Assembly (NCBI GenBank): GCA_964445765.1
Contig: CAYULD010000001.1
Location: 516,537-580,536, forward strand
Direction of reading: 5' to 3'
DNA length: 64,000 nucleotides
From: an uncultured Rickettsiales bacterium
Lineage (GTDB): Bacteria; Pseudomonadota; Alphaproteobacteria; Rickettsiales; UBA8987
Shown here: positions 21,487-31,816 of the stretch, in pieces
Layout of the letters: the number at the start of each line of letters is the position of its first letter
Position numbering within the stretch: the first letter of the stretch is position 1
The notes under the pieces: model-generated
What the model saw: the letters and a program-made list of their open reading frames with translations, nothing else
What the model was told of the DNA's origin: nothing
The model's database searches: none
Position numbers and translations under genes: made by a program

Positions 21487-21563
21487 GGGGCCGTAGCTCA
21501 GCAGGATAGAGCATCAGATTCCTAATCTGAGGGTCGGACGTTCGAATCGTCTCGGTCCCACCA
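21487..21563 (+). tRNA. tRNA-Arg (anticodon CCU)
   Basis: GGGGCCG-TA-GCTC...GAGC-A-TCAGA-TTCCTAA-TCTGA-GGGTC-GGACG-TTCGAAT-CGTCT-CGGTCCC-ACCA folds as a cloverleaf with one G-U pair in the acceptor stem and an encoded CCA. Confidence 0.9.
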
Positions 21564-21665
21564 TAATTAGTTTCATTATATAACTATAATAATTATTAAA
21601 TCAATAATAACCTACTAAAAAGATAAGGTATTTTTGTGAATTTTTTGTAATGTTATCTTAGGTAA

Positions 21666-23495
21666 CTAAGCAACTGCATCTTTAGAAGCTCTTTCCGCCC
21701 TTTTTCTATCATTGGCATCAAGTAATTTTTTACGCAAACGAAGTGATTTTGGCGTTACCTCAACAAGCTCATCATCATCAATGTAAGAAATCATCATCTC
21801 AAGTGTCATCTTGCGAGGTGGGGTTAAGCGAATCATCTCATCAGCACCAGAAGCCCTAACATTTGTAAGCTGTTTGCCACGAAGAACATTTACTTCTAAA
21901 TCATTATCACGGCTATTTTCACCAACAATCATACCTTTATAAACTTTATCTTGATGGCCAATAAACATTGTGCCACGCTCTTGTAGGTTAAATATTGCAT
22001 ATGCAACTGCTTCACCAGTATCAGTTGAAATCAATGCACCATTTCTTTTAGCTGGAATTTCACCTTTATGCGGTGCGTATGAGTGGAAAACCCTATTCAG
22101 AACACCTGTTCCACGAGTATCAGTTAAGAATTGGCTTTGATAACCAATTAAACCACGAGACGGTGCGTGAAATAAAATACGAGTTTTTCCGCCACCAGTT
22201 GAACGCATATCTTTCATTTCTGCCTTACGAAGGCTTAATTTTTCAATTACAACGCCAGAAAATTCATCATCAACATCTGCAATAACTTCTTCAATAGGCT
22301 CAAGTAATTGGCCATTTTCATCTTTTTTCATAAGAACTTTTGGTCTTGCAACTGAAAGCTCAAAACCCTCACGACGCATATTTTCAATAAGAACGCCAAG
22401 CTGTAATTCACCCCTTCCGCCTACTTCAAAGGCATCTTTATTATCAGATTCTTTAACAGTGATTGCGATATTTTGCTCCGCCTCAGAATATAATCTTTCA
22501 CGAATCATATTTGATGTAACTTTTGTGCCTTCCTGCCCACAATATGGGGAATCATTAACAGAAAGTGTGATTGCAATAGTTGGCGGGTCAATCGGAGTTG
22601 ATGGCACTGCTTCTGTAACTTGAGCATCACAAATTGTATCAGCAACTGAAGTTTTAACTAAGCCCGCAACGCAAACTATATCACCTGCTTCACCTTCTTC
22701 AATGGGCACCATATCAATGCCACGGAAGCCAAAAAGTTTGGTTATACGAGCATTTTCAACTAACTCACCTTTAAGATTTATAGATTTTATATTTGTATTA
22801 GCTTTAATTTTTCCAGAATAAATTTTACCAATTAAGATTCTACCCATAAATGAATCATGCTTAAGGAGTGTAGCAAGCATCTTAAATGGCTCATCTTTTG
22901 GCAGAGTTTGTGCTGGAACATGTTGCATTATTAAATCAAGCAAAGGATTCAAATTCTCACGCGGATCAGTTAATTCTTTAGCACACCAACCTTCCCTGCC
23001 AGAAGCGTAAAGTATTGGGAAATCAAGCTGTTCAGGGCTTGCATCTAAAGAAACGAATAAATCAAAAACTTCATCAATAACTTCGTTACATCTTGCATCT
23101 GGCCTATCAGCTTTATTTATTACAACTATTGGCCTTAAGCCTTGTTTTAATGCTTTTGAAAGAACGAATTTTGTTTGCGGCATTGGCCCTTCTGCAGAAT
23201 CTACAAGCAAAATAACTGAATTTACCATTGAAAGCACCCTTTCAACTTCACCTCCAAAATCAGCGTGGCCGGGTGTATCAACTATATTTATACGAGTATC
23301 TTTCCAAGCAATTGAAGTGCATTTTGCAAGAATTGTAATGCCCCTTTCCTTCTCAAGTGCATTAGAATCCATCACCCTTTCATCAACCTGCTGATTCTCC
23401 CTAAAGGTGCCTGATTGTTTAAGAATATTATCAATCATTGTTGTTTTGCCGTGATCAACGTGTGCGATGATTGCGATATTGCGAAGTTCCGTCAT
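21666..23495 (-). CDS. typA: Translational GTPase TypA/BipA
   Basis: G1 motif AIIAHVDHGKTT, then DTPGHADFGGEV and NKADR, at the typical 609-aa length. Confidence 0.95.
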   Translation of the reverse strand: MTELRNIAIIAHVDHGKTTMIDNILKQSGTFRENQQVDERVMDSNALEKERGITILAKCTSIAWKDTRINIVDTPGHADFGGEVERVLSMVNSVILLVDSAEGPMPQTKFVLSKALKQGLRPIVVINKADRPDARCNEVIDEVFDLFVSLDASPEQLDFPILYASGREGWCAKELTDPRENLNPLLDLIMQHVPAQTLPKDEPFKMLATLLKHDSFMGRILIGKIYSGKIKANTNIKSINLKGELVENARITKLFGFRGIDMVPIEEGEAGDIVCVAGLVKTSVADTICDAQVTEAVPSTPIDPPTIAITLSVNDSPYCGQEGTKVTSNMIRERLYSEAEQNIAITVKESDNKDAFEVGGRGELQLGVLIENMRREGFELSVARPKVLMKKDENGQLLEPIEEVIADVDDEFSGVVIEKLSLRKAEMKDMRSTGGGKTRILFHAPSRGLIGYQSQFLTDTRGTGVLNRVFHSYAPHKGEIPAKRNGALISTDTGEAVAYAIFNLQERGTMFIGHQDKVYKGMIVGENSRDNDLEVNVLRGKQLTNVRASGADEMIRLTPPRKMTLEMMISYIDDDELVEVTPKSLRLRKKLLDANDRKRAERASKDAVA

Positions 23496-23580
23496 TTTGT
23501 AATAATATGTTGAGTTTCGCTGGCTTGTAGCAAGATATGAGTTAAAGTCAAATAATTTAGTAATTGAAAAAGTAATTTCT

Positions 23581-23609
23581 AAAACAAAAAACCCCCTAAA
23601 AAGGGGGTT
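23581..23609 (-). terminator. Rho-independent terminator after the 119-aa gene
   Basis: The minus strand reads AACCCCC-TTTTTA-GGGGGTT followed by TTTTTGTTTT. Confidence 0.7.
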
Positions 23610-23645
23610 ATGCTATAAATACAAAATATTTATATGAGATAAGAA

Positions 23646-24005
23646 TTAGTTAGCTTTTGGGGCTTCTTCTTTCTTAACTGCATCAGTTACTGCTTTTTTA
23701 GTTTCTTCAGCAGCTTCTTTCGAAGCTTCAGCAGCTTTTTCAACAGTTTTATCAGCTTCAGCTTTTACATCTTCAGCAGCTTTTTTAACTTCATCACCAG
23801 CTTTTTCAGCAGTTTTCTTAACTTCTTCAGTTGCAGATTTAACAGCATCAGTTAATGATTTTGTTTCTGCTTCTTTTGAAACTTCAGTTTTTTTAGCTTC
23901 TGCCTTTTCAGCATTGCCAGCTTTTTCACCGCCTTTGAAGCCATTTGTAGCAACAGCAGCAATTATTGCAACCGCAGCAATAACATAAATTAGTTTGTTT
24001 TTCAT
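23646..24005 (-). CDS. Hypothetical exported/anchored protein, Ala/Glu/Lys-rich amphipathic repeats
   Basis: N-terminal hydrophobic segment (LIYVIAAVAIIAAVA), then repetitive KKTAEKAGDEVKKAAEDVKAEADKTVEKAAEASKEAAEETKK. It has its own terminator. Confidence 0.5.
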   Translation of the reverse strand: MKNKLIYVIAAVAIIAAVATNGFKGGEKAGNAEKAEAKKTEVSKEAETKSLTDAVKSATEEVKKTAEKAGDEVKKAAEDVKAEADKTVEKAAEASKEAAEETKKAVTDAVKKEEAPKAN

Positions 24006-24109
24006 AATAGTAATTATTTGAATTGTTGATAAATTTATGTGTAAGTAATATTATTAAAAAATATTAACACAAGTTTTTTATTAGATTTCAACTTTAGCAA
24101 ATAAAAATT

Positions 24110-24895
24110 ATGTCAAAGCGTGATAAAAACACCTTAAGATTAGCAAAAATTTTTCCGAGCCTTGTTACTTTACTTGGTATTTGTGCAGGGGTTTCAGCCA
24201 TTAGGTTTGCCCTTGATGAAAAATGGCAAATGGCGGTTTCTTGCGTTGTTGTTGCAACATTGCTTGATGCAGTTGATGGTAAATTCGCCCGAGCCTTAAA
24301 AGCAACCAGTAAATTTGGTAGCAATTTAGATTCCCTCTCTGATTTTATAAATTTTGGCTTTGTTCCGCCACTTGTGATTTTTTTATGGAGTTCTTTTCAA
24401 GTGCCAAAATTTGGCTGGGCATCTGTGTTATTTTTTGTGGTATGTTGTGCAATTAGGCTCGCAAGATTTAACAGCGATATTGATTCAGTTGATGAAAAAC
24501 CAGCAGAATGGAAAATCCGGTTTTTCAAAGGCGTTCCCTCACCTGCAGGTGCTTTGGCGGCTTTAGCACCTATGATGGTAATTTTTGCAGTAGAAGATAA
24601 ATTCATTCAAAAATATGATAGTTTTGAGTTTTTAGAAAACCCATATTTCTTGATATTTTATTTAGTATTTATCGCAGTTTTAATGGCAAGCAGGGTGCCA
24701 AGCTATTCACTCAAAAAAATCTTAATTAAGAAAAAATTTCTTTCACTATTTTTTATTTTTATTGCTGGCTTTATAACCTCTGCATTAATTCAGCCTTGGC
24801 TAATGATAGTTTTTACAGGTCTTGTTTATTATGCACTTTTGCCTGTTAGTGCCATACATTATTACCGCTTAGAAAAAGCCGATGAAAGAAAATAA
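24110..24895 (+). CDS. pssA: CDP-diacylglycerol--serine O-phosphatidyltransferase
   Basis: CDP-alcohol phosphatidyltransferase motif DGKFARALKATSKFGSNLDSLSD, in a multi-pass membrane protein. Confidence 0.85.
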   Translation: MSKRDKNTLRLAKIFPSLVTLLGICAGVSAIRFALDEKWQMAVSCVVVATLLDAVDGKFARALKATSKFGSNLDSLSDFINFGFVPPLVIFLWSSFQVPKFGWASVLFFVVCCAIRLARFNSDIDSVDEKPAEWKIRFFKGVPSPAGALAALAPMMVIFAVEDKFIQKYDSFEFLENPYFLIFYLVFIAVLMASRVPSYSLKKILIKKKFLSLFFIFIAGFITSALIQPWLMIVFTGLVYYALLPVSAIHYYRLEKADERK

Positions 24896-26060
24896 TAAAA
24901 AGAAAATTTTTATTATAGCCGGTGAAAAATCTGGTGATAATTTAGGTGCAAAATTAATAAAAGCACTTAAAGAAAATTCAAATAATGCACCTCTAGAAAT
25001 TTTGGGCATAGGTGGTGAAGAGATGGAAAAGCAAGGCTTTCAGAGTTTATTTCCAATGAAAGAAATTAATTTAATGGGCTTTGCGGAAATTCTTCCGCAT
25101 ATTCCAAAATTGCTAAAAAAAATTGAATTTACTGCAAATAAAATTCTTCAAGAACAGCCCGAAATTGTTATTACTATTGATTCACCCGGTTTTAATAATC
25201 GTGTCGTTAAAAGGCTAAGAAAAGCAAATTTTAAGGGGAAGATTATTCATTATGTAGCCCCTTCCGTATGGGCTTATAAAGAAAAACGCGCCGAAAAAAC
25301 TGCAAAACTTTTTGATGCATTGCTATGTATTTTACCTTGGGAGCCTCCCTATTTTGAAAAATATAATCTTAAAACTTTTTTTGTGGGTCATAGTTTGTTT
25401 GAAGATTTACAAATTATGAGCGAAGAAGAAAAAATTAATTTTAAGAGTTTATTTTTTAATGAAAATAATTTTGAGAAAAATAAAAAGTTAATCTCAATTT
25501 TTTTAGGCAGTAGGCTTGGTGAAGTTAAAAAACATTTACCAATTATTAAGCAAGCAATATCAGAAATTTCAGGCAAGCAAGACTGTAATTTTGCAATTTT
25601 AACCGTTCCACATTTGCAAAATTTTATAGAAAATAATTTGGAAAAAAGAGATAATATTTTAGTTCTTTCAGATAATTCAATAAAGCAGAAAATTATTCAA
25701 ATAAGTGATTTTGCAATAGTTAAATCTGGCACAGTTAGCCTTGAGGTTGCGGCGTTAAATTGCCCACAAATTATTTATTATAAAATAAATAATTTATCGC
25801 ATTTTTTAATTATGCGAATGATAAAAATTAAATTTGCAAATCTGATTAATATTTCAGCTAATAGAGAAATTATTCCAGAGTTAATTCAGAAAAAATGCAC
25901 CGCAAAAAATATATCTGATGTAGTTATAGATTTTTTATCTGATAAAGAAAAGATTTTACACCAGCTAGAAAACACAAGGCAAGAGCTAAAAAAACTAGGC
26001 TCAGAAAATAAAATTAATGCGAGTAAAAAAGCCGCAGAAATTATATTAAGCTATTTATAA
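24882..26060 (+). CDS. lpxB: Lipid-A-disaccharide synthase
   Basis: 392 aa. The N-terminus (IFIIAGEKSGDNLGAKLIKAL...GIGGEEM) and IDSPGFN are typical of LpxB. It overlaps the pssA end by 14 nt. Confidence 0.9.
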   Translation: MKENNKKKIFIIAGEKSGDNLGAKLIKALKENSNNAPLEILGIGGEEMEKQGFQSLFPMKEINLMGFAEILPHIPKLLKKIEFTANKILQEQPEIVITIDSPGFNNRVVKRLRKANFKGKIIHYVAPSVWAYKEKRAEKTAKLFDALLCILPWEPPYFEKYNLKTFFVGHSLFEDLQIMSEEEKINFKSLFFNENNFEKNKKLISIFLGSRLGEVKKHLPIIKQAISEISGKQDCNFAILTVPHLQNFIENNLEKRDNILVLSDNSIKQKIIQISDFAIVKSGTVSLEVAALNCPQIIYYKINNLSHFLIMRMIKIKFANLINISANREIIPELIQKKCTAKNISDVVIDFLSDKEKILHQLENTRQELKKLGSENKINASKKAAEIILSYL

Positions 26061-26068
26061 TCGCGAAG

Positions 26069-27514
26069 TTATTTTTCAATTTCTTCAAAACCACCGCCTA
26101 AGGCACGAATTAACTGCACTGATGCATTTAATCTGCCTCGCTTGGCTTGATTTTCAATGATTTTAACATTGTTATAGGCAATTTTTGCGTCATTAAATTC
26201 AAACTTACTAATATCGCCAAGTGTTAATTTATTTTTCATAATATTAAGAGATTCAAAGGCAATTTTAAGAGAATTTTGGCTTGATTGCATTTGTTTTTCT
26301 GAAGTTGAAACAAGCGATAAACTATCTTCAACATCTCTAAAAGCAATTAAAACTTGCTTGCGATAATTTGCGTTTGCTTCCTCAAAAATTGCTTTATTAA
26401 CTTCAAGATTTGCAAGGGTTCTGCCCCCCTCAAAAATTGGAAAATTTACCATTGGTGCAAAGCTCCAAACCCTATTAGACCATTGAGCTACATCATTAAG
26501 TGAAGTTGATTGTGCCCCACCCCTTGTGGTTAGGCTAATACTTGGGAAAAACGCTGCTCTTGCAAAGCCAATCATCTCATTTGCGGAATATAATTTTCTC
26601 TCTGCACTTGCAACATCAGGCCTTCTTTCAAGCAGTTTTGAAGGCAAAAATGAGGGAATCTGAGGAATATTAATTTCACTATTAGGCTTTTCAATTTGAT
26701 AATTAGAGGGGTTTTTACCAAGCATTACTAGCAGTGCGTTTTCAACTTCATTTCTAGCTTGTTTAAGCTGTGAAAGCCTTGCAATTTCATTGTTTAAGCT
26801 CATTACATCTCTAGCTAAATCTAATTTATTGATTGAGCCAAGCTCAAGTTTTTTGTTAGAAATATTGAGATTTTCCTCTCGCAATTTTACATTTTCAGTT
26901 ATTAATTTTAATTCTTCATCTAGAGATTTTAATGTGATGTAATATTGCGTAACATCAGCCTGCAAAGCTAGTTTTATTGATTCTTTATTATTTTCAAGCG
27001 CTTTATATTCCGCTTCAATAGAACGCATTTTGGTAAAAACCTTACCGAATAAATCAATTTCATAATCAAGCCCAAAGCCAGCAGAATAAACAGAAAATGG
27101 CTTTATCGCAGGTGCTGGAAAACCAAAAGTTTGGCTATTTAATTTTTGCCTTATCACGCCTGCATCAACTGAAAAATCTGGAAAAAACTCAGAGCTAACA
27201 ACCCTTATAGAGCTTCTTGCTTGCTTTAATTTCGCATCTATAATTTTTAGATCTAAATTATTTGATAAAAAATCTTTATGAATCTTATTAAGATTTTCAT
27301 CTTCAAAAATTTTCCACCATTGCCCTCTTGGGTGTTTATCACTTGGTTCAGCTTGCTTCCAAGAGCTTTTTTGTGCTTCTGTAAAAGGTGCAACTTCCTC
27401 CTCAGACTTAAATTTATTAGGTATTTCCGTTTCTGGAATTTTATATTCTGGCGATAAATCACAGCCAGCTAAAATTAGCGAAAATAAAAATATTATTTTA
27501 GATTTCTTCAACAT
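26069..27514 (-). CDS. RND efflux outer-membrane factor lipoprotein (NodT family)
   Basis: Lipobox LILAGC and a 481-aa TolC-like coiled repeat architecture. It is the last gene of the RND operon. Confidence 0.85.
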   Translation of the reverse strand: MLKKSKIIFLFSLILAGCDLSPEYKIPETEIPNKFKSEEEVAPFTEAQKSSWKQAEPSDKHPRGQWWKIFEDENLNKIHKDFLSNNLDLKIIDAKLKQARSSIRVVSSEFFPDFSVDAGVIRQKLNSQTFGFPAPAIKPFSVYSAGFGLDYEIDLFGKVFTKMRSIEAEYKALENNKESIKLALQADVTQYYITLKSLDEELKLITENVKLREENLNISNKKLELGSINKLDLARDVMSLNNEIARLSQLKQARNEVENALLVMLGKNPSNYQIEKPNSEINIPQIPSFLPSKLLERRPDVASAERKLYSANEMIGFARAAFFPSISLTTRGGAQSTSLNDVAQWSNRVWSFAPMVNFPIFEGGRTLANLEVNKAIFEEANANYRKQVLIAFRDVEDSLSLVSTSEKQMQSSQNSLKIAFESLNIMKNKLTLGDISKFEFNDAKIAYNNVKIIENQAKRGRLNASVQLIRALGGGFEEIEK

Positions 27515-27517
27515 TTT

Positions 27518-30500
27518 TCAATTATTAAATTTTTTGCCAATTTGTCTTAAAACTACATAAAAAATTGGGGTTAAAAATAACCCAAAAAATGTAACGCCTA
27601 ACATTCCCGAAAATACTGCAACGCCCATAGCTTGCCTCATTTCCGCACCAGCACCACTTGATAAAACTAAAGGCAACACACCCATAATAAATGCAAATGA
27701 TGTCATTAAAATTGGTCTTAAACGAAGTTTGCAAGCCTCTAAAATTGCCTCAACGGTGCTTCTGCCTTGATGTTCTAATTCATTAGCAAATTCAACGATA
27801 AGAATGGCGTTTTTGCAAGCAAGGCCGACTAATACAAATAGGCTAATTTGTGTAAAAATATTATTATCACCGCCCCAAATCCAAATGCCAAGAATAGCTG
27901 AAAGCAAGCACATTGGCACAATTAAAATGATTGCAAACGGAAGTTTTAGGCTTTCATATTGTGCTGCCAACACCATAAATACAAATAATACGCAAAGCGG
28001 AAAAACTAAAATTGCTGTATTGCCTGCCAATATCTGTTGATAGGTTAGCTCTGTCCACTCAAATTCCATTCCTTTTGGCAGGGTATCATTTAGAATTTTT
28101 GTGATGGCTTCCTCCGCCTGCCCAGATGAGAAGCCAAAATTTGGCCCACCATTTATATCAGCCGCTCTATAACCATTATATTTTGAGGAGCTCTCTGGCC
28201 CGTAACTCTCTGAAATTTTAACCACTGAACTCAAAGGCACCATCTCCCCCTTGTTACTCTTAACTTTAAGGTGCATAATATCTTCCTTACGAGAACGATA
28301 TTCAGAATCCGCTTGAGCAATCACTTGATAGGTGCGACCAAATTTATTGAAATCATTCACATAAATTGAGCCTAAATAAAATTGCATTGTATTATAAATA
28401 TCTGCGATAGAAAGCCCAAGTTGCTTGGCTTTATCTCTATCAACATCAACTTTTAACTGCGGAACATTAATTTTATAACTTGAAAATACGCCAGCTAATT
28501 CAGGCGTTTGATAGGCTTTACCGATAACTTCTTTTACAATTTTATCAAGCTCTTCATAGCCTTTATCAGCTTTATCTTCAATTTGTAACTTAAAGCCACC
28601 AATGGTGCCAAGCCCCATAACTGGCGGCGGCGGGAATATTGCGATAAAGGCTTCTGGAATTCCAAAGAATTTTTGTTGCAATTTTTGCGAGATTGCAAAG
28701 CCTGATAAATCTGCTCTTTTCCTCTCATTGAAAGGTTTAAGAGAAACGAAAACTATCCCCGCACTTGAGCTAACTGTAAAACCATTGATTGATAAACCCG
28801 GAAATGCAATAGCACTTTCAACACCTTCTTCCTTCAAGGCTATATCAGACATTTTTTTGATTATTGCTTCAGTTTTGTCTAGGGTTGAACCATCAGGAAG
28901 TTGAGCAAACCCAACTAAATATTGCTTATCTTGTGCCGGCACAAACCCAGCTGGAACAATCTTAAAGCCAATATAAGTTACGAAAATCAATACTAAGTAT
29001 ATGCCTAAGAATACTGATTTTCTGCCTATAACATAAGTTACAGAATTTGAATAACTATCAGATGCATTTTTGAAAAAACCATTAAACCAATTAAAAAATC
29101 TACCAAAATATTTTTCCATAAATTTGGTTAATCCATCTTTTGAATCATTATGTCCTTTTAGCAAAATTGCACATAAAGCAGGGCTTAAAGTTAGTGAATT
29201 AATAGCAGAAATTATGGTTGAAATTGCGATAGTTAAGGCAAATTGTTTATAAAACTGCCCAGTTAAACCTGTTATGAAAGCAATTGGAATAAAGACCGCA
29301 CAAAGCGTTAATGAAATTGCGATTATAGGCTCACTAACTTCTTGCATTGCCTTATATGTAGCCTCTTTTGGTGAGAGGCCATTTTCAATATTTCTTTCAA
29401 CATTTTCAACCACAACGATTGCATCATCAACCACTATTCCTATTGCCAAAACTAAACCAAATAGAGATAATGCGTTGATTGAAAAGCCAAAAAAGTGAAG
29501 TAATGCAAATGTTCCAATAATTGAAACTGGAACTGCAAGCAATGGAATTACTGAGGCTCGCCAAGTTTGTAAGAAAACTATAACAACTATTACTACTAAA
29601 ATTACAGCTTCTAACAGCGTTGAAATTACTGCTTTTATTGAATCTCTTACAAAAGTAGTGGGGTCATAAACTATATCATAAGAAACCCCTTCTGGCATAG
29701 ATTTTTGGAGTTTTTTCATCTCCGCACGAACATTATCAGAAATTTCAATAGAGTTAGAGCCGGGCATTTGAAAAATACCAATACCGATTGCAGGCTTATT
29801 ATTTAAGAGCGAACGAAGCGAATAATCAGAAGCCCCAAGCTCAATTCTAGCAACATCTTTTAGTTTTGTAAGCGTTCCATTTTCATCAGATTTGATAATA
29901 ATTTCCTCAAAATCTTCAACATTTTGAAGCCTGCCTTGTGCATTTATAGTAAGCTGTAACTCAAGATTTTCAGAGGGGGCAGCCCCAATTATACCAGCTG
30001 CTGCCTGAATATTTTGTTCTTGAATAGCTTGCACAACTTCTTGCACAGATAAATTTCTAGCGGAAATTTTCTTTGGATTAAGCCAAATTCTCATTGCATA
30101 ATCACCACCGCCAAAAATCTCAACTTGCCCAATTCCAGAAATTTTTTTGAGCCTATCTTTTACATTCAAAATGGCGTAATTTCTTAAATATAAGGTGTCA
30201 TACCTATCATTAGGGGAAAACAAATGCACCACCATTGTTAAATCAGGTGAAGATTTAACCGTTGTTATACCAAGCCTTTTCACATCTTCTGGCAGTCTAG
30301 GCATTGCTTGCGTAACACGATTTTGCACTAATTGTTGTGCAAGATCAGCATCAGTGCCGAGTTTGAAAGTAACTGTAACCGTAAGCCTGCCATCACTGGT
30401 TGCTTGTGAGTTCATATAAAGCATATTTTCAACGCCGTTTATCTGCTCTTCAAGAGGGGTTGCAACAGTTTCAGAAATAACTTTAGGGCTTGCCCCCGGA

Positions 30501-30652
30501 TAAAACGCATTCACAACTATAGAAGGCGGAACAACTTCAGGATATTCAGAAACCGGTAATTGCGGAATTGAAATAGCACCTAATATAAATATCAGAAGCG
30601 AGATTACGCTTGCAAAAATTGGCCTATCTATAAAAAATTTTGAAATATTCAT
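27518..30652 (-). CDS. RND multidrug efflux permease (AcrB/HAE1 family)
   Basis: 1044 aa. N-terminus is FFIDRPIFASVISLLIFILG, with GIVVDDAIVVVENVERN and 12-TM topology. Confidence 0.95.
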   Translation of the reverse strand: MNISKFFIDRPIFASVISLLIFILGAISIPQLPVSEYPEVVPPSIVVNAFYPGASPKVISETVATPLEEQINGVENMLYMNSQATSDGRLTVTVTFKLGTDADLAQQLVQNRVTQAMPRLPEDVKRLGITTVKSSPDLTMVVHLFSPNDRYDTLYLRNYAILNVKDRLKKISGIGQVEIFGGGDYAMRIWLNPKKISARNLSVQEVVQAIQEQNIQAAAGIIGAAPSENLELQLTINAQGRLQNVEDFEEIIIKSDENGTLTKLKDVARIELGASDYSLRSLLNNKPAIGIGIFQMPGSNSIEISDNVRAEMKKLQKSMPEGVSYDIVYDPTTFVRDSIKAVISTLLEAVILVVIVVIVFLQTWRASVIPLLAVPVSIIGTFALLHFFGFSINALSLFGLVLAIGIVVDDAIVVVENVERNIENGLSPKEATYKAMQEVSEPIIAISLTLCAVFIPIAFITGLTGQFYKQFALTIAISTIISAINSLTLSPALCAILLKGHNDSKDGLTKFMEKYFGRFFNWFNGFFKNASDSYSNSVTYVIGRKSVFLGIYLVLIFVTYIGFKIVPAGFVPAQDKQYLVGFAQLPDGSTLDKTEAIIKKMSDIALKEEGVESAIAFPGLSINGFTVSSSAGIVFVSLKPFNERKRADLSGFAISQKLQQKFFGIPEAFIAIFPPPPVMGLGTIGGFKLQIEDKADKGYEELDKIVKEVIGKAYQTPELAGVFSSYKINVPQLKVDVDRDKAKQLGLSIADIYNTMQFYLGSIYVNDFNKFGRTYQVIAQADSEYRSRKEDIMHLKVKSNKGEMVPLSSVVKISESYGPESSSKYNGYRAADINGGPNFGFSSGQAEEAITKILNDTLPKGMEFEWTELTYQQILAGNTAILVFPLCVLFVFMVLAAQYESLKLPFAIILIVPMCLLSAILGIWIWGGDNNIFTQISLFVLVGLACKNAILIVEFANELEHQGRSTVEAILEACKLRLRPILMTSFAFIMGVLPLVLSSGAGAEMRQAMGVAVFSGMLGVTFFGLFLTPIFYVVLRQIGKKFNN

Positions 30653-30660
30653 TTTGAAGT

Positions 30661-31752
30661 TTAATTTTTGCTATTATTTTTGCCGTTAACAATGCTAACT
30701 TCAGCACCGGGGCGAAGCATAAGCGTTGAAGATGTGATAATTTTTTCACCTTTCTTTAAGCCTGAAATTATAATTTTTAAGCCGTTTTCAAGGGCTTGCC
30801 CAACTTCAATAGGCCTATATTCAACTTTGTTTTCTTTATTAACAATATAAACAAATTTCTTATTTTGGTCAGTGCCAACTGCCCCTTCTGGAATAACAAT
30901 TACCTTTTCTTTCTTTGGGCTTAAAAGCCTAACTTTTACATATTGCCCAGATAGTAAAACGCCGTTATTTTTAATAATTGCCCTTGCCCTAATTGTGCCA
31001 GATAAATCATTAACTTGATTATCAAAAGAGGTGATAAAACCTTTATAAATTTTAGGCGAGCCTTCAGAAAAAACTCTAACTTTAACTTTTTTATTTCTTT
31101 TATTTTTAGCTATGAATTCAAGATAATTTTTCTCATCAATATCAAATTCCGCATAAAGTTTTTTAGCTGAAATAATTGTTGTTAAAACTTGGTTTGCTGA
31201 TGGATCAACTAAATTACCAATCACTATTTCTGCTCTTCCAATTTTGCCTGAAATTGGTGCTAAAACATCTGAATATTCCTTATTTAATTTTGCATTAGTT
31301 AAATTTGCAAATGCAAGATTTTTTGCTGAGAGTTTTTCTTCATATTCCCTTTTAGAAACACCACCAATTTTGAGTAACTTTTCCGCCCTTAAAAATTCAT
31401 TATAGGCTTGATTATAGGCTGATTGTGCTTGCCCTAATTGTGAAGAATAAAAACGAGAATTTATTACAAATAATTTTTCTCCCTTTTTTACAAAATCACC
31501 TTCTTTGAAAAGGATTTTTTCAACTTTTCCAGAAATTTGCGGGCGAATTTCCGCCTTTCTAACGGCTTCTAGCTTGCCAGAAAAATCTTTATAATTACGA
31601 ATTTTAATTTGCTTTGCCTGATAAACCTGCACTGGCATTGGTGGCATTTTAGGCGGTGTAAAATTCATCATCTGATACATTACAAAAACTTTGTAACAGA
31701 TAACACCAAGCAATAAGAACCCTAAAATTAAGAAAAAATTACTAAACTTCAT
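30661..31752 (-). CDS. RND efflux periplasmic adaptor (membrane fusion protein)
   Basis: 363 aa with an N-terminal anchor, lipoyl/hairpin pattern (RPQISGKVEKILFKEGDFVKKGEKLF...APISGKIGR), upstream of the permease. Confidence 0.85.
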   Translation of the reverse strand: MKFSNFFLILGFLLLGVICYKVFVMYQMMNFTPPKMPPMPVQVYQAKQIKIRNYKDFSGKLEAVRKAEIRPQISGKVEKILFKEGDFVKKGEKLFVINSRFYSSQLGQAQSAYNQAYNEFLRAEKLLKIGGVSKREYEEKLSAKNLAFANLTNAKLNKEYSDVLAPISGKIGRAEIVIGNLVDPSANQVLTTIISAKKLYAEFDIDEKNYLEFIAKNKRNKKVKVRVFSEGSPKIYKGFITSFDNQVNDLSGTIRARAIIKNNGVLLSGQYVKVRLLSPKKEKVIVIPEGAVGTDQNKKFVYIVNKENKVEYRPIEVGQALENGLKIIISGLKKGEKIITSSTLMLRPGAEVSIVNGKNNSKN

Positions 31753-31816
31753 AAATAATTATTTTATATTTTTTTATCACTAAATAATTTTACTTCTTTA
31801 GCATATTAAATAAAAT

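Noticed and set aside
24094-24324. 76-aa minus-strand ORF overlapping the pssA start
   Set aside because: It is antisense to pssA, which has a clear CDP-alcohol phosphatidyltransferase motif, and it has no features of its own.
26069-27514. TolC-like outer-membrane factor as the secretion partner of the RTX-type adhesin
   Set aside because: It has a lipobox (NodT-type) and is the terminal gene of an MFP-RND-OMF operon 30 kb away from the adhesin gene. No ABC/MFP T1SS pair is present in the window.
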